DNA of 40,868 bases from a virus (Duplodnaviria; Caudoviricetes), in the IMG/VR virus record IMGVR_UViG_3300032239_001397, positions 1 to 40,868 of that record, one strand, 5' to 3'. The notes below the pieces were generated by a model. It did not search any database. It saw only the letters and a program-made list of their open reading frames with translations, and was not told the origin of the DNA. Positions 27,892 to 35,317 of the stretch are shown piece after piece. How positions within the stretch are numbered: position 1 is the first letter of the stretch; each line of letters opens with the position of its first letter. Made by a program: the position numbers and the translations under genes.

Positions 27892-28352
27892 CAGATCACA
27901 TCCGTTACGTTATCCAGTTTCAAGGGTTCCAGCGTTTGAAGCCTTCGGTCTGCTTCCGCTATCGCCGCGCTGATCGAAACCGACGAGGTGATATCGACTT
28001 GTTTCACTTCACCAAAGCGTTTGCGGTCCCAGACTGCCATCTGCTTCCTACGCTCATTGATCCTCAGTTTTTGCCGATCGATGTCTTCGAGATCGTCTTT
28101 CCCGTCAGCGATAGCGAGGAGCTCCTCTGAGATAAGCTCGGCGCGAGTCTGTTGTGCTTCATAGTATCTCGACTTGCGTTCCGGATGCGACAGGATCCAT
28201 TGCATCATTTGACCCGGATTAATGTTCCTGTGGTCTTCACGAACAGCGTCAAGGAATGACACTTTATCCAGCATTTTCTCGAGTATGGTTTCGAATGCAA
28301 TCTCATAGGTGAGGTGCTTCAGTGGGCTATTGCTTTGTTTTACTAACACCAT
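27891..28352 (-). CDS. terS: Terminase small subunit
   Basis: RYYEAQQTRAE...ELLAIAD...RQKLRINERRK...KRFG; abuts terL. Confidence 0.85.
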   Translation of the reverse strand: MVLVKQSNSPLKHLTYEIAFETILEKMLDKVSFLDAVREDHRNINPGQMMQWILSHPERKSRYYEAQQTRAELISEELLAIADGKDDLEDIDRQKLRINERRKQMAVWDRKRFGEVKQVDITSSVSISAAIAEADRRLQTLEPLKLDNVTDVI

Positions 28353-28384
28353 GTTTAGATAGTAACACGATAGGAGAAGGTTTT

Positions 28385-28500
28385 CAAAGGGTGGTGCCTT
28401 AAGTGATCGGAAGGTGCGCGGTTTTTAAAGGTAGATGACCGCTAACCCTTTGGAATTAAAAGGGAACAGGGTGCGCAAAGGGTGGTGCTTTAGGTGATCG
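28385..28500. repeat. 25-bp direct repeat pair upstream of terS (28385-28409, 28476-28500)
   Basis: CAAAGGGTGGTGCYTTARGTGATCG, 23 of 25 positions identical. Confidence 0.85.
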
Positions 28501-28511
28501 ACGAGGGGGGA

Positions 28512-28678
28512 TTTGAAAAAAATTTGCTATGGGGTTTTATATAGATTTGCAAAAAAAATAAAAAAATAAAAAAATTTGCTATAATGGGTTGGTTTGTAAA
28601 AAAATAAAAAATAAAAAAATTTGTTATAATGAGTTGGTTTGTAAAAAAATAAAAAAATAAAAAAATTTGTTATGGGGT
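28512..28678 (+). repeat. Tandem A-tract repeats of about 45 bp (three full units and one partial)
   Basis: TTTG(C/T)-A7-8-T-A6-7-T-A7-TTTG(C/T)TAT; two units end in TGnTATAAT (28577-28585, 28622-28630). Confidence 0.85.
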
Positions 28679-28908
28679 CTCACCGGAACCGGGATGGATC
28701 CGTCGGCCCTGCCCCCGGGGGATCGGAAATTTAAAATTTGTTTCAAATTGGATTAATTACAATTTAAATTAAATTATATCAATTAATACAACGTAAGATT
28801 GCATACAATTTGAATTAAATTTTATGTATCGTTTGTTAACGAAATTTTAACTATTTAGTGTTACGATGTTCAGTGACGACGCATGGCCATTGGGTATTCT
28901 GAAAACCG

Positions 28909-28936
28909 ATTTAACATAATAATCATTATCGGACGA
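28909..28936 (-). other. dif: dif-like XerC/XerD recombination site
   Basis: Minus strand reads TCGTCCGATAA-TGATTA-TTATGTTAAAT: XerD arm identical to E. coli dif, 6-bp spacer, XerC arm keeps the inner ATAA. Confidence 0.75.
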
Positions 28937-29533
28937 TTAGGCGATTCGGAGGTGCAATTTCGAGTTGATACGTTAGGTGCAATTTTACGTTTTTGCGTTT
29001 TGTTAATTTTGGTTAATTTTTGGTGTTTTTTGATTTTCGTGATATGCTTATGAAAAACAACTAAAATAGGTGGTAAAATAATACACGCCTGTTTGTTTAC
29101 CGATTTTTAGGATTTTTGACGATGTGGGGGTGACGATTTGAGATCTGCAGCAACCAAAAACCAAAAATTCGCTGATTTTTAAAAACCTATATGTGGCCTC
29201 AAAATCCAAAGCTTGACAATTTTTTCAAAAATTCATTCTAAAAACAAAATTTATTTTGCGAATACATTTCGCAAACAAATCATATGTATAAAAATAAGCA
29301 GCTCATAAGAGTATTACAAGGAACCTTAATATACATTGATAACACGTAAGCAAATTTCTCACGTTAAAAATTAAGTATCTTAAAAATGTATAACTTCTCG
29401 CTTACTAAGATGATAACATAATATTTTTTATGCCCTTAAGAGAATCTTTTTAAAATTGACAAGCTTGCTGATTTCCCTTATGAATCCCTTACGCGTCGAA
29501 TTCACGTCGCAACATCGTAGGAAAACCCGAATC

Positions 29534-30202
29534 ATGTTCGCACCGAAAGAGGTATCAATCGAAAAAATCCGCTCGCATTTTCGTCTTTCTCCTGACGGTT
29601 ATCTTTGCGATCACGGGGGGACATTGATCATGCCCCTAAAATTCGGCAGGCAGACAAAAGTGCGCTTGAACGACGGGGAGCTTGTCTCTTATCGTCGGGC
29701 AGTTTGGGCGTGTGCTCACGATTACATGCCGAAGGCGATCTACAAAAAAACCAGAGACGGGGATGAACGGTTAAGCAATCTTGGGGATCACGCTCAAGAT
29801 CGTCGCAAACAGTTTCAAGCGAGGGTTTTTCAAAACGGCCGTTCGGTGAGCCTCGGCTATTACAATAGCGAATCGGAAAGGCTGGCAGCGGTTGAAGAAT
29901 ACAAAGAATCGGGTGAGGTACTGATCGTGAAACCGCATATCGGACAATTCCAAGTGATCCGACAAAATCGGTGCATGCACAAAGTGATCGGTACATATCC
30001 GACTCGGGAGGACGCCGAACAGGTAATTCTCGGTCGGCAGAAATACGGGCAGCGTGTTCCCGGGTTCGCCTATTCCACGGTGACGGGGGCAAGGCATGCT
30101 ATCGGCATGTTCTCTGATGCGTATCAAGCAAAGCTCGGCGTACGTCGCTGGATCATCAGCGAGGGGCTTTTAAAGGGCTATGATCGATTCGAGAAAATTT
30201 GA
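29534..30202 (+). CDS. Degenerate HNH / AP2-like DNA-binding protein
   Basis: RRAVW...RLSNL (eroded HNH) then FQARVFQNGRSVSLGYYNSESE and two more similar units; start moved to the ATG after AGGA. Confidence 0.65.
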   Translation: MFAPKEVSIEKIRSHFRLSPDGYLCDHGGTLIMPLKFGRQTKVRLNDGELVSYRRAVWACAHDYMPKAIYKKTRDGDERLSNLGDHAQDRRKQFQARVFQNGRSVSLGYYNSESERLAAVEEYKESGEVLIVKPHIGQFQVIRQNRCMHKVIGTYPTREDAEQVILGRQKYGQRVPGFAYSTVTGARHAIGMFSDAYQAKLGVRRWIISEGLLKGYDRFEKI

Positions 30203-30223
30203 TCCGGTTCCTCAAAATAAGGC

Positions 30224-30252
30224 TTGACAAGCTAGGGATACTAGGTTAAGAT
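30224..30252 (+). promoter_or_regulatory. Sigma70-type promoter
   Basis: TTGACA-17 bp-TAAGAT upstream of AAGGAG and the 30280 start. Confidence 0.8.
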
Positions 30253-30279
30253 AACGGCATACCAAGGAGAAACGGAAAA

Positions 30280-31032
30280 ATGTCAATCCATTACGTCATA
30301 ATCAACAAAAAGCAACTAACCGCATTATCGCTCGCAATGAGTAAAGAGGAAGCGCGGTATTATCTGAAAGGTGTATGTTTTCAATTGATCGAAGATCGTT
30401 CGGACGATCACGAAAACAATTACGTTCTTGCGACTGCTACCGACGGGCATGTTTTGGTGAACATCAAACTCGCATCGTATATCCATGCTTATGGCGGTGT
30501 TCAATTTATTGCCCCTAGCGGCTTCATAAAGCACGCTTTAAAGCTCATGAAAGCAAAAGGTGACTACGTTATCGTTTATAACGATAAAAAGCAGGAAATA
30601 GGCCTTTCTGATCCGCAGGGAGCAACCATGCCGATAGCAAAACAGATTACTGCTTGGAACCCTGCGGAACGTAAGCACGTCGTCATGCGCGAAGAGTATT
30701 ACAAAGCGATTGACGGCACATACCCGGATTATGTTCGCCTCATTCTCAAATCGGACGTGTTCCCGGAGGACAACGAATTAACATATGCGTATTCAACGGA
30801 ACGCAAGCGGATCGTTCGCATTCTTGATCTTCTGGGCGATGATCGCGATACCCTTTCATTCCGTAGCACGGGGTTCGGCAACAATGCCGTTTATCGGTCA
30901 CCGGTCGAATTGAGCGTAAGCTACACGATTTTGTTGTCCGCGTTGCGCAAACCTTGGGTCGGCGAGATAAGCGAGAAAGACAGCCGTGTTTGCGTCAATC
31001 TGAACACCGGCGAACCGTATACGGAAAATTAA
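30280..31032 (+). CDS. DNA polymerase III beta-clamp-like protein (partial clamp fold)
   Basis: EEARYYLKGV, ATATDGHVL and IDGTYPDYVRLI match the DnaN central-domain motifs. Confidence 0.75.
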   Translation: MSIHYVIINKKQLTALSLAMSKEEARYYLKGVCFQLIEDRSDDHENNYVLATATDGHVLVNIKLASYIHAYGGVQFIAPSGFIKHALKLMKAKGDYVIVYNDKKQEIGLSDPQGATMPIAKQITAWNPAERKHVVMREEYYKAIDGTYPDYVRLILKSDVFPEDNELTYAYSTERKRIVRILDLLGDDRDTLSFRSTGFGNNAVYRSPVELSVSYTILLSALRKPWVGEISEKDSRVCVNLNTGEPYTEN

Positions 31033-31095
31033 CCTCTATCCACTATCTTAATCATAGGGCAGTAATCAAGCTGCCCTAACAATCAGGGGCAAACA

Positions 31096-31242
31096 ATGAG
31101 TGATACACCTCTTTATCTTTTGATTGAAGAAACAAAACAACGATTAGAAGATGCTAAATCAGTGCCTTTTGCTCAATACAACTATGTGACAATTCGTTAT
31201 TACAACGCAATTCTCGAGTTTTTAGAAAAACAAGGTGAATAA
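31096..31242 (+). CDS. Small hypothetical protein (48 aa, absent from the ORF track)
   Basis: AGGGG-6 nt-ATG; MSDTPLYLLIEETKQRLE... Confidence 0.6.
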   Translation: MSDTPLYLLIEETKQRLEDAKSVPFAQYNYVTIRYYNAILEFLEKQGE

Positions 31243-31459
31243 CATGCGCATCTTTGATCTATCGTACACCGTTCAAAACGGACGTCTCACATTCAAAGCA
31301 TTTAATGAGAATGGCGAACGTGCCATGTGGGACGTTTTAAGCCTCATGGAAGCACAATCGGCACAAAGTGAGGGTATCAGTACCTTAAAGCTTGAAAACG
31401 TGCTGAAGGCGCTTAAACGCAAGGGATACACGGTACGCCCTGCAACTCGGAAACGTTAA
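31235..31459 (+). CDS. Hypothetical protein
   Basis: Co-oriented ORF overlapping the previous stop; true start may be the ATG at 31244. Confidence 0.6.
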   Translation: MNNMRIFDLSYTVQNGRLTFKAFNENGERAMWDVLSLMEAQSAQSEGISTLKLENVLKALKRKGYTVRPATRKR

Positions 31460-31517
31460 TCGTTCTTTAACTTTTCGCCGCTATCGTAAAAATACACACA
31501 CAAGAAGGATCTGAAAC

Positions 31518-32297
31518 ATGAAGCACAAACATTATGATCTGGCATATAGAGCTTATTACAATATGAGCTTTTCACCCGATAAACGCGCAAAAACCATTTG
31601 CGCAGAATTCGACGCCGACATTAAGCGCCTTAATGATTCAGGCGTTGAGGCGAAAAAGATTGAAAAATACGAAAAGCTTTTCGTTGTCTGGTTGTGCTCT
31701 TTATCACGGTGCGCGTCGCCGGCAGTTACCGGTCCCGCACGCTTCCCCATTGGTCGCAACCGTAAGGCATTGGAATCGGAACAAAAACGTTTAGGTGCGT
31801 TGTTAGATTATTACAGATACATCACATCGCCTAAATCGGAGTTTATCGACAACGGAATCCGTAGCGGTAAGGTCGACACAAAAGAAAAACTGCAAGCGGA
31901 AATTGAACGCTTAGTTGCCAAGCAAGAGGCCATGAAAGCGCATAACGCTGAGGTGCGCAAAACGAAACAAGGCGAGGTACACCGAACGTTTGAGCTAACC
32001 AACAACCTAGCGAACATCAAGCGCTTGCAAGAGCGTTTGCGGAATGAGGCGTTTATTGAGAACACCGCGATTGACACAATCAGCGCACGCTTCACGGTTA
32101 AAACAAACGACGCAATCGGACGCATTCAAATCGTGTTCGATCATAAACCTTGCGAAAAGGTGCGCGAGGTGTTGAAAAAGCAAGCGTTTAAATGGGCCCC
32201 GTCGCAAAATGCTTGGCAACGGCAAACAACGCTTAATGCAATTGCCGTCACTCGCAACATCGTCATTCCCTTTTTAATCGCGGAGCTAGCACAATGA
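31518..32297 (+). CDS. Conserved mobile-element protein (DUF3560 / polyvalent-protein-associated type)
   Basis: SPAVTGPARFP..RNRK, NNLANIKRLQER, RIQIVFDHKP....R..LK..AFKWAPSQNAWQRQ; AAGGA ribosome-binding site. Confidence 0.65.
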   Translation: MKHKHYDLAYRAYYNMSFSPDKRAKTICAEFDADIKRLNDSGVEAKKIEKYEKLFVVWLCSLSRCASPAVTGPARFPIGRNRKALESEQKRLGALLDYYRYITSPKSEFIDNGIRSGKVDTKEKLQAEIERLVAKQEAMKAHNAEVRKTKQGEVHRTFELTNNLANIKRLQERLRNEAFIENTAIDTISARFTVKTNDAIGRIQIVFDHKPCEKVREVLKKQAFKWAPSQNAWQRQTTLNAIAVTRNIVIPFLIAELAQ

Positions 32298-32536
32298 ATA
32301 AACAATTAACCGAAATTCAAAACGAATTATGTGCATTGCACCTTAAAGCGTGGGACGTACTCGATTCTAAATGGAAAGACATGTCGCAAGAAAAAAGATT
32401 AACCGATCCCGATGTTAACTTTTTGTGCAAGTTGATTGACGGTATCGGGAGCATTCTTGATCAATTGGAAAGCCGCATAGAACCTGAATCAGAAAATGAT
32501 TATGAGTATTTTGAATTAGACACAACCTACTATTGA
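32294..32536 (+). CDS. Hypothetical protein
   Basis: ATGA overlap with the previous gene; GGAG upstream. Confidence 0.7.
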   Translation: MNKQLTEIQNELCALHLKAWDVLDSKWKDMSQEKRLTDPDVNFLCKLIDGIGSILDQLESRIEPESENDYEYFELDTTYY

Positions 32537-32547
32537 AAAGGTACAAA

Positions 32548-32697
32548 ATGAACGACTTAGAAAAAACAATCGCTGAAAAATGGCAATCGGTAAAAGATAC
32601 ACAATCTCAACCGGTGCATTTTTCAGGATCACCGGCAAACATTGCGCAACAAGTTGCAGCAGCGTTTGCGTTAATCAACAAAAAGGTAAGCAAATGA
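32548..32697 (+). CDS. Small hypothetical protein (49 aa)
   Basis: AAGG upstream; MNDLEKTIAEKWQ...; ATGA overlap with the next gene. Confidence 0.55.
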   Translation: MNDLEKTIAEKWQSVKDTQSQPVHFSGSPANIAQQVAAAFALINKKVSK

Positions 32698-32909
32698 AAA
32701 AACCGACTTTTGCTTTTATTTCTATTTTTTGGATGTTTATTGTTTTTATGATTGTAATTTCCGGAATTAATTTTATAGCTAATCGTAATGTATCAAAACA
32801 ACAAACTTGTATAAACAGTTTTCGTTTTGATTTAACTCGAGATGACGCAACAAAAATCAAAATGTTACTTGATTTTTGCGAAAACATTGAAAAACAAAAG
32901 ACAAACTAA
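32694..32909 (+). CDS. Single-pass membrane protein
   Basis: MKKPTFAFISIFWMFIVFMIVISGINF; start reassigned from the ORF track. Confidence 0.65.
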   Translation: MKKPTFAFISIFWMFIVFMIVISGINFIANRNVSKQQTCINSFRFDLTRDDATKIKMLLDFCENIEKQKTN

Positions 32910-32976
32910 CTCACATCTTAACTCACTTTTAACAAGTAACTGTTAGTATAACAATGTAACAAATGGAGTATGTATC

Positions 32977-33066
32977 ATGTTAAGAAAAACAAGTTTGATG
33001 ATTGACGGGTTATTAGTTATCGTCGGTATTGTTGTATTTTTCGGTGCAACGGGGGTTATATGGTAA
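32977..33066 (+). CDS. 29-aa membrane peptide
   Basis: GGAG upstream; MLRKTSLMIDGLLVIVGIVVFFGATGVIW. Confidence 0.55.
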   Translation: MLRKTSLMIDGLLVIVGIVVFFGATGVIW

Positions 33067-33257
33067 GATCGTTTTTTATGGCGATTGCCCGATTCCTGGT
33101 GTGGTTATCGTGCATCGGATCAATCTGCATCCTATCGGTTATCATACCGTTATTCGGCACAAAGATTATGCATCCTATCGTTGCGGGTGTGTTATACGCC
33201 GCATCGGTTGCCTTTTTTCTCACCTTATCCACGGAAGCAAGAAAGGGTTTAAAATGA
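33060..33257 (+). CDS. Two-pass small membrane protein
   Basis: Two hydrophobic helices; overlaps both neighbours. Confidence 0.6.
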   Translation: MVRSFFMAIARFLVWLSCIGSICILSVIIPLFGTKIMHPIVAGVLYAASVAFFLTLSTEARKGLK

Positions 33258-33520
33258 GCGCAGTATGTCAGGATGACGAAACGCAAATCTGTGAAGCGTT
33301 GCGCCTTGCACTTACGGACGAACAAATCGGCATTATCTCCCGTCGCATTCAAAACATGCGTGCGGAGTGTGTCCCTTTGCAAGAGGCCGTCACGATCGTG
33401 GATATCCTCAATTCAGAGTTAGAAAAGCGCGGAGATGACGGCCTGGATGCCATTGACGCGTTAGACTGGCTGATCCGTTACCTGTACGCCGCAAACGGCG
33501 TCATTCAATATCGGAGGTAA
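33254..33520 (+). CDS. Hypothetical protein
   Basis: MSAVCQDDETQ...; ATGA overlap; start reassigned from the track's 33029. Confidence 0.6.
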   Translation: MSAVCQDDETQICEALRLALTDEQIGIISRRIQNMRAECVPLQEAVTIVDILNSELEKRGDDGLDAIDALDWLIRYLYAANGVIQYRR

Positions 33521-33524
33521 ATTT

Positions 33525-34208
33525 ATGAGCTTTGATAAAGCCGCAAAGGCAATCGGGTTATCCGTGTGCAGCGGAGTGTTTGCCGGAGGCTGGATGCTCT
33601 TAGCCGCAGTCACCGGCAAAGACCTTAAAGACACCTACACCACCGCAGAAAAGGTCCCTTCGTTATACACCGCTTTAAACGCGGCCAAGGCGAACGAAAT
33701 ACCGGCAGACCATGTCGCAGTACCGACAACACTCGCACGTGCTCGGTTGTGGCGGAAACTGCCCTCTGTGAGCAAGTTAGAAGGTGACATGCTTACCCTT
33801 GCCGTGTTTGCAGAGGCAGGTAATCAACCGAAAGAGGGAATTCAGGCTGTGGCAGCAGCGATCCTCAATCGAACAGGTACGAAACACGGATTGACGTTAG
33901 CGGAAGTTATCCGATCACCTAGGCAATTCAGTTTTGTAAATGTAACCACAATCGGCAAACTTGTAGGACGTAACTCGCAAGAAGCTATTGAATTCGAGGC
34001 AGCTAAGCCGCAATACAATAACATACGCCAAGCTTTAAACGGCATGATCGACCCGAAAACGGGTGCATATTTGGATTATGCCGCAGGTACGGATTTTTAT
34101 TATAACCCGACTGCATCATCAAAAGAAGGCGCAGCTTGGTTTAGGAAAAACACTGTACCCGTTATACGCGTAGGGGCTCACTTCTTTTGTAAACTGAAAC
34201 AGGGGTAA
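33525..34208 (+). CDS. Cell-wall hydrolase, SleB/CwlJ (Hydrolase_2) family, with N-terminal hydrophobic anchor
   Basis: AVFAEAGNQ..EG..AVAAAILNR, VIRSPRQFS, FYYNP, RVGAHFF; GGAGGT ribosome-binding site. Confidence 0.88.
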   Translation: MSFDKAAKAIGLSVCSGVFAGGWMLLAAVTGKDLKDTYTTAEKVPSLYTALNAAKANEIPADHVAVPTTLARARLWRKLPSVSKLEGDMLTLAVFAEAGNQPKEGIQAVAAAILNRTGTKHGLTLAEVIRSPRQFSFVNVTTIGKLVGRNSQEAIEFEAAKPQYNNIRQALNGMIDPKTGAYLDYAAGTDFYYNPTASSKEGAAWFRKNTVPVIRVGAHFFCKLKQG

Positions 34209-34211
34209 TGT

Positions 34212-34394
34212 ATGATTGACGAAGAAAAACCAAATGCTTGTGAAATCATCATGGAAGAAATAACAATAACTTTTGACCGTGATACAGCTAATGCTTTTGA
34301 TAATATTGTAGGACATCTTATATCTTGTGGGTATGATAAAGAGCTAATTGCTTACATTAGTGAAATAATAAAAATTGAAAAGGAAAATGTATGA
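34212..34394 (+). CDS. Hypothetical protein
   Basis: 60-aa ORF with AGGGG upstream. Confidence 0.55.
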   Translation: MIDEEKPNACEIIMEEITITFDRDTANAFDNIVGHLISCGYDKELIAYISEIIKIEKENV

Positions 34395-34528
34395 AACTTG
34401 CTATTGTGCTGATTATTGTTTTGCTTTGTGCAGGTTGTGCTCCCCGTGTGCCTTCCGGCTACGCTGACGCTTCGCGGAAGGCACCTCTGAAAACGATCAT
34501 TCAATCCGTTGATAACAGGGGCTGGTAA
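34391..34528 (+). CDS. Small lipoprotein (45 aa, absent from the ORF track)
   Basis: MKLAIVLIIVLLCAGC signal peptide with lipobox; AAGGA upstream. Confidence 0.7.
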   Translation: MKLAIVLIIVLLCAGCAPRVPSGYADASRKAPLKTIIQSVDNRGW

Positions 34529-34626
34529 TGGGTAACTTTTTCCTTTTCGCCATAATGGCGTGGTTAATGCTGAACGGGTTTGTGCTGACAAGCCTAGTAA
34601 TCCTTGCGTTTTTGTTTTTTGTGTAG
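34528..34626 (+). CDS. 32-aa membrane peptide
   Basis: TAATG coupling; MGNFFLFAIMAWLMLNGFVLTSLVILAFLFFV. Confidence 0.55.
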   Translation: MGNFFLFAIMAWLMLNGFVLTSLVILAFLFFV

Positions 34627-34634
34627 GTGGTAAA

Positions 34635-34721
34635 ATGATTAAAGGTTTGGGTACAACGATCATCTCTTATGTGTTTCTTTTCATCGTCATTTTGTTTGTG
34701 AAAGGTGCTAACCATGATTGA
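34635..34721 (+). CDS. 28-aa membrane peptide
   Basis: AGGTGG upstream; MIKGLGTTIISYVFLFIVILFVKGANHD. Confidence 0.5.
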   Translation: MIKGLGTTIISYVFLFIVILFVKGANHD

Positions 34722-34992
34722 TAAATATGTAAGTATGGGAACTGTAAAAGCTAAAGAATTAATTTTTAACTCCTCAATCGGTATCACATTATGTTTTGTC
34801 GGTTCACTGATTGCAAATTATTTTAGTTATTTTTTATCGTATGAATTTCTTTGTCTTATGTGCTTGTTCTACTTAGGTGGATGTACACACTCGATAATAA
34901 TTTATTGTAAATCAGAAGAGGGTGATTTTGTATTAAATTCCATTATGAATGCCGGTTGTGTTCCGTCGGTTAAAGGTGATGACCATGGATGA
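34714..34992 (+). CDS. Two-pass membrane protein
   Basis: AAGGTG upstream; two hydrophobic segments. Confidence 0.6.
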   Translation: MIDKYVSMGTVKAKELIFNSSIGITLCFVGSLIANYFSYFLSYEFLCLMCLFYLGGCTHSIIIYCKSEEGDFVLNSIMNAGCVPSVKGDDHG

Positions 34993-35317
34993 TATACAGA
35001 AATTGCAAAACGATGCGACAGAGGCAACAGAAAAGGCTGCTGAGGTATCTGTTAAATGGGCTAAGCGCAGTGTTGTATGTTCCGCGATCACTTGTGCAAC
35101 AACTATCATTGTAGCATTTTTCGATGTGCAATATTACCTATCGGATAAAATGATCACTTTGAGCTTGGTAATGAACATTTTGTCTCTATGTATCATTTTT
35201 TGTTTGTTTGGGTATTGCAGATCATTGATCGCATCGAATGAAGGATTGGAAAAATACGTGGATTACCTTTCGGCATTATCTAAAGGGGAAATGAGTGAAA
35301 AAAGAAAAACAACTTAA
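34985..35317 (+). CDS. Two-pass membrane protein
   Basis: AAGGTGA upstream of MDDIQKL; two hydrophobic segments. Confidence 0.65.
   Translation: MDDIQKLQNDATEATEKAAEVSVKWAKRSVVCSAITCATTIIVAFFDVQYYLSDKMITLSLVMNILSLCIIFCLFGYCRSLIASNEGLEKYVDYLSALSKGEMSEKRKTT

Noticed and set aside
28512-28678. CRISPR array
   Set aside because: Units are homopolymer A-tracts with near-identical intervening sequence and no unique spacers; the only Cas-like gene is a stand-alone phage Cas4-like nuclease
29456-29533. TTG start for the AP2-like gene
   Set aside because: This TTG is part of a TTGACA -35-like element; the ATG at 29534 has an upstream AGGA and fits better
33029-33253. N-terminal extension of the 163-aa ORF in the track
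   Set aside because: Better explained by two coupled membrane ORFs (32977-33066, 33060-33257) and a start at 33254
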